Source: Macrostomum lignano
Lineage: Eukaryota
Assembly (NCBI GenBank): GCA_002269645.1
Contig: NIVC01003564.1
Location: 27,033 to 91,032, forward strand
DNA: 64,000 nt
Direction: 5' to 3'
A program made the position numbers and the translations under genes. Below the pieces are notes generated by a model. It saw only the letters and a list, made by a program, of their open reading frames with translations. It had not been told where the DNA came from and made no database searches. Within the stretch, counting starts at the first letter, position 1, and every line of letters starts with the position of its first letter. Positions 34,247 to 48,351 of this stretch are shown in pieces.

Positions 34247-37200
34247 TGGAACAGCGGCTTTCACAGAGGGCTCTGGCTGTTGTTGTTGCTGCTGCTGCTG
34301 CTGGTCGCCAGCCGGCTTTCCCGATGGTGCCTCAGCTTCATCCTCATCCTCGTCTGAAGTCTCCCAGGTGCTCTTCTCCGTACCCTTCACTCGTTTCGGC
34401 TTTGGCGAACGGTTTGAACTGTCGTCGTCTTTATCCTCGTGATCCGAGTCTTTGTAGTCGACTAGGCCGAGGCCACCGGAAATGCCGCCGGCTTCCGTCT
34501 TCACAGCGGCGACTGGTTCGTTTGTCTGTTGCTGCTGCTGCTGCTGCTGCTGGGCCGCTGTCGGCTGCTTTTTTGGACCAAATTTCCCGAACGAGTTGGT
34601 GACAACTTCAAAGCCGCTGCTGCCGCTACCAGCGGTTGGATTAGCGACGCTAGCCGAAGGATTAGCCGATGGATTAGCCGATGCAGATACAGAAGATACA
34701 TTCATTGGCAAGATCTTGGCCTGGGTAGCTTTACCAGCAACTACCACCATTGTCATTGGCTGTTGCGGCTGCTGCTGCTGCGGTGGCTGCTGCACAGCTG
34801 GCGAAGGCTTCGGCGAAGGCGGCAGCGGCGGCGGCGGCACAGCCGATACAGCCGGCTTATTGCTTGGCAAAGGAATATCCGGCGGAGGCGCCTGCGGCAC
34901 AGGGATATCGCTGACGGCCTGCGGCTCGCTAGCTGGCATGGGGATCTCGGTCAGGCTAACCGGTCCCGGTCCATCCCCAGGTGGCATTGGTACCTGGGAC
35001 AGGGGGGTGGGGCTGTCCGCGGGCCGGGGTATGCTGGCCAGGTCCAGACCGGCTCTCAGCACCTCAGCCTCCTCATCTGCATCGTCATCTCCATCATCAT
35101 TGTTGTCATCGTCCTGCTCCCATTCGCCCGGGTTGACTCGAACGGCGGCAGTCTTGCCAGCCGCTCCCACCTGCTGCTTTTGCTTCTTTTTATTGCTTTC
35201 AGCCGTCTTCTTTTTCTTCTTTTTCTTGGCTTTGCTTTTGCTTTTGCTTTCGCTAGAGACTGACAGAGCCTTCTTCGAGGCGGCCGAGGAGTCGCGTCGG
35301 CGGCGCTTCTTGCTTGAGTCGCTTTTGCTGCTTTTGCTGCGCTTGCGTTTGAGCTGCTGCTGCTCCAGCTGGTCCTGGCAATTGGTTGGTGGGTGGAGAT
35401 TCTCATAGGGCATTAGGAAGATTCTCATAGGGCATTGGGAAGATTCTCATAGGGCATTGGGAAGATTCTCATAGGGCATTGGGAAGATTCTCATAGGGCA
35501 TTGGGAAGATTCTCATAGGGCATTGGGAAGATTCTCATAGGGCATTGGGAAGATTCTCATAGGGCACTGGGAAGATTCTCATAGGGCATTGGGGAGATTC
35601 TCATAGGGCATTGGGGAGTTTGTCATAGGGCATAGGGGAGATTCTCAAAGGGCATTGGGAAGATTCTCATAGGGCATTGGGAAGATTCTCATAGGGCATT
35701 GGGAAGATTCTCCTAGGGCATTGGGGGAGATTCTCAAAGGGCATTGGGGGAGATTCTCATAGGACATTGGTGGAGGGATTCTCATAGGGCATTGGGGGAA
35801 ATTCTGTAAAGGACATTGAGGAAAGTTCTTAAAAGGACATTGGGGAAGATTCTTTAAAGGACATTGGGGAATATTCTTTAAAGGACATTGGAGAAGATTC
35901 TTAATGTTCATTGGGGAGATTATTTAAAAGACATCATTGAAATTCCTTAAAAGACATTGGGGAGATTCCAGTTTGTAAATTGTGCCCTCATTGAAATAAA
36001 GAAACTACTCATTAAAAGGTAGTATAAAAAGCAAACAAATACTCAGCTAACCTGTTCTTCATCTTGCTGCTGCCTGCTTCTACTCCTAGTTGTCATGACA
36101 GTTGACGAAGATTTCAAGCCGCTGTTCTTCTGCGCAGAAGCGGCAGACAGAGTTTTCTTTTTCTTTTTCTTACTACTCGCACTAGTAGTAGATGCGGTGT
36201 TAGAATTGACCGATTTATCCGCCGGGGCCCTGGCCGAGCTGAATATGAGTGGCGGCGAGGCCCGAGTCAGTTTGAGCAGCTCGTGAGGCCATTCGATTTC
36301 GCTGTTGCCATCGCTGGCCAGAACCGGGTAGGGCTTCTGGCGATCTTCAATGCGCTGCTGCAGCTGCTGGCGACGGCTGCCGATGCCGCTGCTGTCCTGG
36401 GCTGCGGCCGACTGACCGCCGGTGTCCGACTGCTTCTTGGCCTGCTGCTCGAAGCTGAGGGATTGCCGCGAGGAGAGGGTGATATTTGACAGGGAGAGCA
36501 GCTAAAACAGGGAGAGGGCAGGGAGAGAGCAGCGGGGGTAGGGAGAGAGAAGCAGGGGCAGGGAGAGAGCAGCTGGGGCAGGGAGAGAGCAGCTGGGGCA
36601 GGGAGAGAGCAGCGGGGGCAGGGAGAGAGCAGCGGGGGCAGGGAGAGAGCAGCTGGGGCAGGGAGAGCAGCTGGGGCAGGGAGAGAGCAGCTGGGGCAGG
36701 GAGAGCAGCTGGGGTAGGGAGAGAGCAGCGGGGGCAGGGAGAGAGCAGCTGGGGCAGGGAGAGAGCAGCGGGGGCAGGGAGAGAGCAGCTGGGGCAGGGA
36801 GAGAGCAGTTGGGGCAGGGAGAGAGCAGCGGGGGCAGGGAGAGAGCAGCTGGGGCAGGGAGAGCAGCTGGGGCAGGGAGAGAGCAGCTGGGGCAGGGAGA
36901 GAGAAGCAGGGGCAGGGAGAGGGCAGGGAGAGAGAGCAGCGGGGGCAGGGAGAGAGCAGCTGGGGCAGGGAGAGAGCAGCGGGGGCAGGGAGAGAGAAGC
37001 AGGGGCAGGGAGAGAGCAGCGGGGGCAGGGAGAGAGCAGCTGAGGCAGGGAGAGAGCAGCTGGGGCAGGGAGAGAGCAGCGGGGGCAGGGAGAGAGCAGC
37101 TGGGGCAGGGAGAGAGCAGCTGGGGCAGGGAGAGAGAGCAGCGGGGGCAGGGAGAGAGCAGCTGGGGCAGGGAGAGAGCAGCTGGGGCAGGGAGAGAGAG

Positions 37201-40200
37201 CAGCGGGGGCAGGGAGAGAGCAGCTGGGGCAGGGAGAGAGAGCAGCTGAGGCAGGGAGAGAGCAGCTGGGGCAGGGAGAGAGCAGCGGGGGCAGGGAGAG
37301 AGCAGCGGGGGCAGGGGGCAAACAACAAGCCAGTCAGCACAAGAACCGCAAGCCACTCACTCAGGCGGCAGCTCCACGCTGTCATAGGCCATGCTGTCCC
37401 GAGGTGACGAGCTGGACAAAGCATTTGATGCCGGCCGACCTGTGATTGACATTGCGCAGGAGAGAAGGGAGAAGAGGGGGAGGGCGGGAGGCGCAGGGTG
37501 TAAGGCGAGCAGACAAAGAATGAAGTGTTTAATAAAAAAACCGACACAGCCTACCTAATACCTAATGGTAATTAAGTCTAAATACTGCCAAAGCCCAGTT
37601 TCTCCGCTAGCTCAATTAATTAGTGCGTCATTTGGATAAAAAAATCTCTGAAAAAATAAACTGGAAAATAAACTCCCAATCAATAATAGCAAGAGTCAAC
37701 GATTAGCTGAGGGTGGTTGTGAACAGTTGAAGTTACCTCGGCAATTTTGAATTGACTGAAAACAAATAAAAATCAGTTGATTTAATTATGATAGTAAATA
37801 ACAAACCATTGCAACAGTTTATCAAGCATGCACTGAGTATTGCACAGGCCTATCACATTGGTTATCGACTGCCAGTAAGGGGGAGAGGTTGCAGAGATAT
37901 TAAAAACTGAATTAAACACAAAGGAATTAGCGCTAGGCACAGGTAGGTGCATAAATTAGCATTCAGACACGCCTTGCATTGCATACCTGTTGTAGATGAC
38001 GGGTCCTTTTAGATAACAGAAGAAAAGAAGCATTGAAAATGATAAATAGTAAGCTTTGAATTACCGCCAACCACAACAAAAAAGCGTATAACAAACCTTG
38101 CCTCGCAGTTTGGCAACAGAAACACAAATAATGAATTATTAATTAAGCTAATTAATGCTAATGCTAATTAAATTAAGTTTAGCGAGTGCTTGCAGACAAA
38201 GTTCTGAGGCCCGTGTTAGGTGGGCGTGAGTGACACTGACAGAGTTATAGATAGACAAAGGTGTGGAAGAGAGACTGATTAGGGAACAATTTGACACCTT
38301 TTACTGGGTGACTCCAACGATGGACAGGTGGTGTCATCACTAATGTAATTAATTATTATTATTATAGTTTAAAATAGAAAACAAGCGCTTGTTTAAAACA
38401 CAGGCTATAAACACCGGCACATATCAATGGGGGGGGGGTATAAAAATTATGATGTAGCGCTGTGATCCAAATCTACAGAAATAGAAATTGCGGGAGGGTT
38501 GATTGTGCTGTAGTAAAACATTCAATTTTATTATGCTTTCTTTGAACAAAATGCATTCAACTGTCTGTCTGTTTGAATTGAAAAAAAACAGCCTTGCCAA
38601 AAGACGCGGGGCCCATAGCAGTTTAATTATTTATTAGTTGGTATTGTTAATTTGGATTTGCACTATACTACTAATGCTACTCGCTAGCAAGTAGCAACTG
38701 AAGCGAATCAGACAGAAGAAAAAAGTTGAAGAAATATATAAAAAACACAGTTATAGAGTAGCAGAAGACAAATATTGGATAGTAAGGCAAGAAAGGCCGA
38801 CTGCCTATTAAAACAAGCTCATTCTGATGAATCACAACATTAGGCTAAGAATTAATAACACATTGCCACCGAGATGATTTTGGCATAATTATTATTAGTT
38901 TGCCAGCAGTTAGAGAAAAGGAACGCAACGAATAAAGGCTAATGCGGCCCTGACTTTATCAATCAATCAATAAATCAATGCGACTCTCCTTCGATAAAAC
39001 AAAGGTGCCGGTTGCATTCAACAGTCAGTAGTGCAATTACTTACGTTCTGCTCTGTTTGTGTAAATGAATTTTAAATCAAATCTACAATCGATTTGGTTG
39101 AGTTGGCAAGGACTGTTATTAGCAAGAATATCGACCAGAATCCACTTATAACATCTTAGCCTTGACTTTTTCGATCGTTAATTTCTGATTTGTGAAAGTG
39201 TCAAAGCGCTATAAAACTGCAAAAGACGCAGTGTGACCGAAGGAGAAGTTCGAAGGCCGGACAGATTTGCTAAGCTGAGTAGCAAGAAGCAATTTTGCAA
39301 AAAGCAAAAAACCAAAACACAGAGTGCAGATTTGTCTAATTTAAAAGCATGCTCAAGCGGTAATAATTAGTCACTGATACTTGATGGTGTGATAGATTCG
39401 CTCAGAAATTTCGGAATTAACTAGCTAAATTGGGGATTGGCAAACTTTTCAATTAATGGGCTAGATAAAGAATGTAGCTCTTGGCTGCAGGTCAGATGAG
39501 AGTGGAAAGGAGAGAGAATAGAAGAGGGGAAAGAAGAGGAGAGAGGGGAGCTAGAGAGGAGAGAGGAGAGGAGATGGTGCCAACCCCTCCGAGTGAAATA
39601 ATAGGATAAAATTATTGACAATATTGAACACACGCAAACTGGTTAGAAAATTATTGTTATTAATTAATTATTAAGAAGTAAGCGGCCGCCGCCAGTGCAA
39701 GAACGCAAGCAAAATCCGTCTGGTTGAGTTATGAATTGGTTCTAAATATAATTGAAATTATATAAAATTGTCATACCAATGTTGGTAAACACTTTCTCTG
39801 CTGCAATTGTGTGTGTGTGGCAATGCAATATAGAGGCAGTAGTTTTTCTCATAAGGTTCCAATTTTATTTTCCTTTATTTTGGTAAATTGTTGTCAATGC
39901 TTTCGTGCCGCGTTATAAGTTAACAGATAAAGCAAGCCACAGGTGCGCACACAACATTAGAAGCGAAAGATTAATTAGTTAACTAAATAAATAAGTTTTA
40001 ATGTCGTTGAATGATATGAAATTTGATTATCCGTGTAATTTTAAAGAGAACCGCTTCCATTTATTAAAGACTACTATCAGTAAAGAGAGAGGAACATCAA
40101 CTCCGACCATGCAAACTGAATAGAAAGTATTATTAGTAGATAACAAATATCTTTTATAACTAATCGATAGATTAAATTATGTAATTCTGTTGATTATTTA

Positions 40201-42278
40201 TTCAATTAGAAATCACCTGAGCAGGGTGGGGCCACAACAGCTAATTGAGATAATTATTATGATCTGTTTTCTTTTCAAGTTTAGTTTAGTCAAAATTAGC
40301 CAGATTTAAACTCATGAGATAAGCACAACATAGCACAGTTTAGCAGCTACCTGTTCGCAATGGCAACCAAGTTTAAATGCATGCGATTTAACTAACAGTT
40401 AACGTAGCAGGTGCGCACGCAAAGCACTAAGCGGCTCCATTCTCATCATTAATGAAGCTAAGAATTGTATAACACTAATAATTAGAGGTGTGCAAAGGCC
40501 ACAAACAACCAAAATATGAAGGTTAATCTAACATCCATTCAATTAACAAAGGTGCTATTGGATAGGAACCCGCAAATTGATATTATATAAAGCTAACTAA
40601 TTCCTAGCTGAGTCATTGAGTCTTGAACTAGCTGATCATAGAAAGGCTCATTGGTATACAAAGGTCATGCTGGTATACAGCAGTGCTGTAGTGTTTTTCA
40701 CAATGTTAAAATTTAGTTAATAACAAAACATTTAACAATTTTTAAATTAGAAATTCAAACATTACTGATTTGCAGTGTCTGAAAACAAAAGTTTTATAAA
40801 ATCTGAAGAGCGAGAGGAGAGGGGAGTAGCCAGGGGGCAAGGCAGGTTAATTTCGATCACTGCTCTGAGAAATTATTGCTTAGTTTTTATATAATACCTT
40901 TTAAATCGTAGATGACGAACTACTTTGAGTAGTTTATATTATAATATGTGAACTGTTTTAGCTAATAGCTACATGTATGTAGCACTACTTCTAGTACTGA
41001 ACCTATTATAATTATAACATACTATAAATACAGATATACATGTATTCTCTCTAAATAGTTTTGTAGCAAAGTTGAATAAATTTTAGTTGAATAAGTAGCA
41101 GATAAAGCTCAAATTTTAAATATCAGATTAGTAATTGATTATTAACTCAAATATATAGCTCCGCATAAGTTCTTGAATCGGGAAAATAATGAACATAAAT
41201 CAAGTTGCATGCAGCATGCATAGCAGAATAGAATTTATATATTAATAATAATATAATAATAATAAGATTAGATAAAGATGAAGAGCTTAAGAATATGATA
41301 GGTATATCCAATATAACCTACTTGAATCCTAAATTTATCATTTATCATCATAAATGTTACCCTCCCTAACAAACATTTTTGAATCAATTTTATACGAGAA
41401 AGTAATTTAAGGAAACCGTGACCATAAATTAAATATGCTAATTAATAATTGTTGAAGTAAGTGACATTCAAGACTACAGGAATTTCCCCATAGGGATATA
41501 TTGAAGATATCAGCGTCTTAATAAATATATGACTCAAAATAAGCAAGTTTATATAAGTCAGGTAGGTGCCAGACACTACATCAATAAATATAGGTGGCAG
41601 GGTGTTAGCGAGGAAAATTAAAATAAAATAAACAGCAGGTCCAAAAGCACACGCAGGATTGGTTAGATCAGATTCAGAGTTGATGAGAAGTGGTCGAACA
41701 TTAACTGATTCAATATTGAATATTGAAATTTAGTGATATGACGACGATAGCGCACTTCTCACCAACATCTAGTAGAAAGGTGCATTAAACGATTAGGAAA
41801 AACACACGCACACAAAACAGACAAACAGCTGTTATTAATCAATCAGGTGGCAGCTGAGCACTAGCAACTAAGTATTCAAGGAGCCGCAATTAAGCGAGTG
41901 GCAGACAGTAAAAAAGCACATTTGTTTTAGACACACACAGTTGTGCTAAACAGCTATTCTGCATGGAAATTTTGCTTTGTAAACTCAACTTTGACAAACC
42001 GCCGTCAAAAAACGATTAAAAAAGTTCAATGGAATAAATGAAAATGCATAATAGTGGATTACTGCCGTGTCACCTAATTATGTTTTAGCTTTGGAAGTGT
42101 TGTTTCTCTTAAAAAAAGACAACGAAATAAAAAAGGGCTATAGTTAGATCCTGGAACAAGCAAGTAATAAAGAAAAAATTGCAATATTCGAAAATATTCT
42201 TTTTAAATTGTACTCACTTTGCAAGGCAGTGTCTTGTTGTGCAGTCCTACTGTCTGCAGATTTTGCTCTTGAATCCAT
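31376..42278 (-). CDS. GPATCH8: GPATCH8/ZNF804-like RS-, Q-, A- and G-rich protein (about 1478 aa model)
   Basis: Exons 42278-42218, 37439-37361, 36454-36052, 35374-32408, 32302-31376; all GT-AG and phase-compatible (1,2,0,0). Segment PYPVLASDGNSEIEWPHELLKLTRASP resembles my recollection of the GPATCH8/ZNF804 conserved block. It also has an RS tract, FGPHLP/IGPQVP motifs and QELMKRAQEH. G-patch and zinc finger not seen. Confidence 0.6.
35399..35990. repeat. 22-nt intronic minisatellite GGGCATTGGGAAGATTCTCATA (about 25 copies, decaying rightward)
   Basis: Directly visible; lies between GPATCH8-like exons 3 and 4. Confidence 0.9.
36490..37320. repeat. About 21-nt G-rich intronic minisatellite GGGGCAGGGAGAGAGCAGCTG (about 39 copies)
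   Basis: Directly visible; lies between GPATCH8-like exons 2 and 3. Confidence 0.95.
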
Positions 42279-42481
42279 TGTTCCAAGTTGGAGTAACTTG
42301 CAGGTGTTTCACTTCACAATTGATTGCACAGTTTTTGCCTTTTGCTGAAGAATTATGAAAATGCTACATCATTAGTTTTTAATATATACAAAAAGAAACT
42401 AAATTAATCTGATATATATCAGTGTGCTCTAATTGCAACTGCAGGCCATAGGCATTGTAGCAAATAGCATCTAGCCTTAGT

Positions 42482-43738
42482 CAGTGTTGGGCAAGTTACT
42501 CAAAAAAAGTAACTTGCGTTACTGTAACTTAAGCTACCACTTTTTAAAAAGTAACTTACGTTAGCCTAGTAACTTTGAACAAAAACCCGGTAACTTTTAA
42601 GTTACTTCCGTTACTTACTTCCGTTACCTATGTTATTAACAAAATTTTCTGCTTTTTTAACATTGCAAATGTGATGGAACAGCACAAATGATCGCGAAAG
42701 CCAGGAGGAAGAATACAACAACATTAATTTCAGTAACTGTATTAAATTTTAATCACTTTAGGCCCTTTCCGTAAAAAGAAGAGAAGCTGAAGGTCAGAAA
42801 CGTTAAAGGCAAAACGCAATTTAATTTTTAATAACATTATAAGTTATAATACACAAGGACAACTTAACGTAACTTCAGTTGTCCTTGATAATACATCGCT
42901 CGTAATAAGTACCTGGCTTTACTCCACTCTACAGTCTGCTTTACTAGTCTTTTTATTTATTTTCAATTATTATCATTAATATTAAATTATTGTGCAGTGC
43001 AGTGCAGTGCCAGTGGACTTTAGTGGTGTAGCCAGGGAGGCCGCCTTAACAATCGTTGGGGCGGCAACTTCACCCCACCTGCAAGACACCCCACCTGGGG
43101 GGGGGTGGGGTTGGGCGTGGCGGGTACCAAAAACCATGAGGCGATTGAGTGCCTGCGGCGCTTAAATGAGTGCCTGCGGCGCTTAAATGAGTGCTTGCGG
43201 CGCTAAAATGAGTGCCTGCGGCGCTAAAAGTGGCAATGGCATGAGGCATGGCCAGCCAGGCCAACCCGCCCCCCCCCCAATTAAAATTCCTGGCTACGTC
43301 GATCACTGAGTGGATTTGTGGAGACTACAGATGAATTTCTTTCTTTGGTTGTTTGTTTCTAAGAACTAAACAAAATATTTTTATTAACTTAAAAACGAAA
43401 AGCAAAAATATTTTACCGAAAATAACAAAGTAAAAACATGTTTCAAGTATTTCTTTATTAATTACAGCGTAATACCGTATGATATTATTCACTTAGTTTT
43501 GAATTTAGGAATGAAAAATGCTAAAAATGTGACAACTGGAGTAATAGCTAAGCATATCAGTTTTAAATTTAAATATTGCGATTGTTGCAAAGTAACTGTA
43601 ACGGACTTCCGAAATTTGAGTAACTTACCGTTACTCCGTTACCAAAATAGGAAAGTAACTTGCGTAAGGAACGCTTTACGAAAAAGTAACTTGCGTTACC
43701 ATTTACAAGTTACTCGGTAACGGAAGTGCCCAACACTG
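42482..43738. mobile_element. Non-autonomous hAT-type element
   Basis: TIRs CAGTGTTGGGCA / TGCCCAACACTG; perfect 8-bp TSD GCCTTAGT (42474-42481 and 43739-43746); subterminal AAGTAACTT repeats. Confidence 0.9.
43021..43308. mobile_element. GC-rich MITE nested inside the 42482-43738 element
   Basis: Termini TAGTGGTGTAGCCAGG / CCTGGCTACG..CACTG; flanks AGTGGACTT / AGTGGATTT; four internal 21-nt repeats. Confidence 0.65.
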
Positions 43739-45989
43739 GCCTTAGTAACATAAGAAAAGGCTAAAAATAATACATTAACTTAAAGATTACCATTTAATAC
43801 TGATAGGCTAAGATTTTAGTGCATTCAAGTCATATTTTATAATAGGGTCAAAATTATAATGCAATTGTTGGTATCCTAAGTCAAAATTAAATATTGAAAA
43901 TTGAAACCTATTATAGCCAATAGGAGGGGCCCAGCATAGGTAAGTTGCAAAAATTCTCACCAAAATATAGATTATATATTTTTATACATACCTACATACC
44001 TATGTATTACATACCTAAAAATATTTTAATTATATTGATTAGGTTTATTTTACAGGTAAATGGTGGTTTTAGTCAAAAGGTAAGTTGCATGGCTAATGTA
44101 AATCAGGAAGGGTGCACATGCATATAGTAATTAAGCAAAATTAAAAAAATGTTTGACATGCAAATGTACTAAGGCTTACATCTGTAGCAAGAGAATATTA
44201 GCCTTGTTAGATTACTAGTTGGATTATTTTTAAAGACAGAAGAATAAACTCTGCAATATATTTGATGCACAAATGTGGTCTACAATGCTGTTTGAAAATA
44301 AAGGCTAGTATCTTCTAGTTCCAGTTTTTATAACAAAATGGCTGTGGTTAAGAAATGACAACAGTACAAATAAAAATATTGATTAAATATGATTATACTT
44401 ATTTTAAAGAATTTAGGTACTACAACTTCACATAATTGCAAGTTATTATTATAAAGGAGAATAAACAACACTTATTTGTTATTTTGTTTAATGTACATCA
44501 AATTTAACAACAAAAAAGGTCCTTTGTTGTCATAGCATAAAAGTAAAGTTGCACAATTTTTTAATTTTGGTATATATAACAGTCCAATTTTTTATACCTA
44601 GCATACATAGGGACCCCTTCTTGAGTTTAATTTGAGATGGGTAAATATTTCACTCATAAGTTGTAAGTTGAATTTCTGCAAAAATGCTAGAGAAAAACTA
44701 AGTTTGTTTTAAAGCTCAAATAAATGCACAAATTAATTTTTTGTTATAAGTGTATATAGAAATCTGCCTATATAAAGAGCAAATTTTGCCACAAAATAAA
44801 TAACCATTCATACTCTTGCACAGTTTGACTGATTATGAGCACTCAGTTCAATATTATTACTCAGAAATTTAGAAGAGGGTTGAGAAGAACATATTCATTT
44901 AGGAAAAGGGATTTTGAGAAAAGGTTCTACTAAGAGTAAGAAGAAGGATACTATTCAAAGGGTATACTAAGAGTTGTGCTGTGACCCTCTAATCTTGGTG
45001 AATACCCAATTAGACTAACTTATCTAACAGTACTAGACCACCCAGGCCATACATTAGATGCTACCAGAAATATATTATAGATGAGATTCTAAGAGGGTTA
45101 TTCCATGATAGGGTCATCAAAGGTATAGAAATATTTTTAAAAATTATTTGCAAATGTGAATATTTCATTTTGCATATAATTATGTATAGTTTCATTTTTA
45201 TGTAGTTTCATACACATTTATCTACCTCTAGGTATATATATTTTGTTTTGATCATGGTACCCTTGCAAGATTTTAAATGTCCTGCGGGACATTATAAAAA
45301 GTTTAATCTAGTTTTCAATAAGAAAAAAAGTGAATAAACATAATGCATCAAGTGCATAAATAATAAAAATCTTTCTTTCTTATATCTAAAGACTGAAATT
45401 ATAAAGTTTTATGATCTAATATAGTTCAATCTATCATAATTTTTTATTTTAAAAAGTTTGATTTCCCTTTTTTAAGTGTTAAAAACGACCATCATTTTTT
45501 TTTACAAAAAGTTGTTGTACTAATTTTCAAAAGGTTTATAAGTTGATAATTTTTTGCTAAAATATTTTCTGAGCCTATATTTAAGTTTATAGTCATTTTT
45601 GTTAGTTTATGATAAGTGTAACATGCTAAAAAAACCCTGCAAAGTTACCTAACGACCATCATTTTCTGGTATTCTGAAATCTGTTGATCTTCATAAAACC
45701 TGAATTACTATCATTTATTCCTAAATTTTATACAAAAAAGTGAATTTACTGATATTCTAAAATCATGTCTTTTTTTAAATGTGAATTACTTATTCAATTT
45801 CTCTTTCAAAGTTTTTACAGTTTTGATTGTAAAGAAAAATATAGTGGAATTCAAGTCTTTTATTAAAAATGTATACTGTCAATTACTTGTTTGATACCAT
45901 AAAATCATTTTCAACCTGCACTATTAAAAAAGGTTGTTCCAATTACTAACCATGCACCTAGAACTCTCCACTTTAGTTTGCAATGCACC

Positions 45990-46782
45990 TTAAGGCTCAT
46001 TCCATATAAGATGGACATATTTGGAAAATAGAAAAAAGTCAATATTTTTGCTTGCCATTGCCTAATTAGCCTATTTTTTTACCAAATGTTTATATTGTGC
46101 AATATATACAATCTAAGAATAAAGGAATGGTAAAATGTTGGATTAGTATGTTATCAATTGGCAAAAAGTCATTTTTGTAAAAATTTGGACATTTTTCGAA
46201 GTAAAAGACATCATTAAGATTTTGTACCTTTTAAAAACAAATAGAAAGCTTTTGAAGGTTGAAACAAACTATAGATAAAAGTATAGTACTTGCATCATCA
46301 GATAAAAGCATTGGTGACCAAATAATCTATTATATTTTTAATGTATTAGTACCTCAAAGTTACTGAATTGACAGAAAAAATATGTTACGACCATAATGTT
46401 ACGACCATAAGGCTGCCTTTTCTTTTGTATCTTTGTTGCCTTTTGAGTATATATATTCTAATAAAAGAGTATGATTTCTAAAGATGTTCTTAGTCAAATT
46501 TAAAAAATGTATTGCAAAATATCAAAAATGAAAAATGTTATAAGACTTTTACCTTTTAGTTTCTATATGTCAAAAATCCTGTCGTTACGACCATAAGTGT
46601 CATTTAAGGTTTAATAGCATCTATACTAATGATGATATCTATATGAAACTCTATAAATATATTCTAGACAAAATAATCTTTCATTTAAAATATTGGTTTA
46701 GTATATTCTATTATTAGATTTCATTTTATAAGTAAAAATAACCTGTCATGTTACGACCATGCTTATATGGAATGAGCCTTAA
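45990..46782. mobile_element. Non-autonomous TTAA-target DNA transposon (Kolobok-like by GG termini)
   Basis: Perfect inverted repeat TTAAGGCTCATTCCATATAAG / CTTATATGGAATGAGCCTTAA; internal GTTACGACCAT repeats. Confidence 0.75.
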
Positions 46783-48086
46783 CACATGCCCCAATCTTCA
46801 GCATAAGTAGTCTAACTAGACTCAAGTTTTTACTATCCATTGGTGCTACTGCTTCTTGCCTAACAAATAATCTGTATTTGCCTTTGGTTTTGTTAATTGT
46901 TATATTATATTCTTTGAATTCTTGAATAGATTAGGACTGTCCATCTTTATGATCATATGTTGAGTTGTGCAATCATGAAGTGATGTTTTTGTTGAAGGTG
47001 CATAAGTATGTTTGATCTGAAATATGAAACAGGTATAATAAATTTTATGGTTAGACAAGCAAGTTATAGTTTTTATATGAACAACTATGGATTATAAACA
47101 ATCTTTTAACCAAGATTGTATCTAAAAATAGAGAATCCTAATACACTTTTTAAAACTGAAGGTCGTTTTTTTGAAACAAATGACAGTCAGTCAATGACCG
47201 TCATTTAAGAAAAAATGTGCAACATAGTTAAAGTTATCTACTAAAATGTAATAATTGTTTGTAACCATTCATCTAGCTATTGTTTACTACAATTAATGAT
47301 CAATTGAGACAAAAACTTGCCTGATTCGCAGGAATCTTAAACTTGAGTTATAAAGTTGGATACATAAACTTTCACCAAAAACGACCATCATCAAAAGTTT
47401 CTCTCTGCTAAATCAACACAGTAAGACAAATGACTTTAAAATGTATCTCATCTCAATCTAGAGGTCACGCTCATAAATATAGAACTCACAAAGTCTCAAT
47501 TTAGTTTGTCTTTTGTATGATTACTGATTATTATTTGCTCCAACCCAACAGCCGTCATCTTTTGGAATTATCCAAGAAACAATTAGAAATATTAAGACAG
47601 AAGTTCAACTAGGCACAACTTTGGTGTCAGCAATAGAAATTTAATAGAAAGAAGTAAAACCCTTGTTACAACTTTGGTAACTTAGCAGAGGGCAGAAATA
47701 AGCCATACAACAACTTTGGTGGTAGCTGATATGATAGTTAATAGACAAAGCCCAAAGGCCTAGATCACAAACTCTAATATTTGCATATGCCATCTTTATG
47801 ACTATGGGATATACTATTATCAATAGATAGAGAATGAAGATATTCAGCTTAAGCATAGAAGTCAATAAAAAAATTTATATTAGAAATATTATTATTAAAA
47901 ACTGATTTAGGACAAGAATGATCATCATACATAGTGCATCACAATTAAAAATAGACAAATATATATTATATTACAAAAATGCTAAAAATATATTATACAA
48001 AATGCCCTATTGGAATAAATGTTAAAAACCCATGGACATGTGCTTTAGAATGCAAGTCAAATTATTTTACTGCATTTTAGCATTAT

Positions 48087-48351
48087 TAGAGATGTTCCAA
48101 AAGATTTTCTATCAAAATTGAAATTTTTCTAACTTTCAAAATCAAAATTGAAAATTTCCAATATTAAAATTCAGAAAAACAAAGTTCCGTATGACCAACA
48201 CTCACTTTTTTACTTTTAATTTACTTTTTATGCAAAACAAAAAATATGTATATGTAGCAGGAATTAGTTTTTTAGCCACTTTTTGAAATTAAAATTTTCT
48301 TCAAAATTCCAAATCTGGGAAAACTGAAATTGAAAATTTAGAACATCTCTA
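48087..48351. mobile_element. hAT-type MITE (265 bp)
   Basis: TIRs TAGAGATGTTCCAAA / TTTAGAACATCTCTA; 8-bp flanks AGCATTAT / TGCATTAT (7 of 8 match). Confidence 0.75.

Noticed and set aside
36267-37547. ORFs of 146-426 aa (Cys/Pro/Ser-rich)
   Set aside because: An intronic 21-nt minisatellite; only the flanking exon segments are coding, in other frames.
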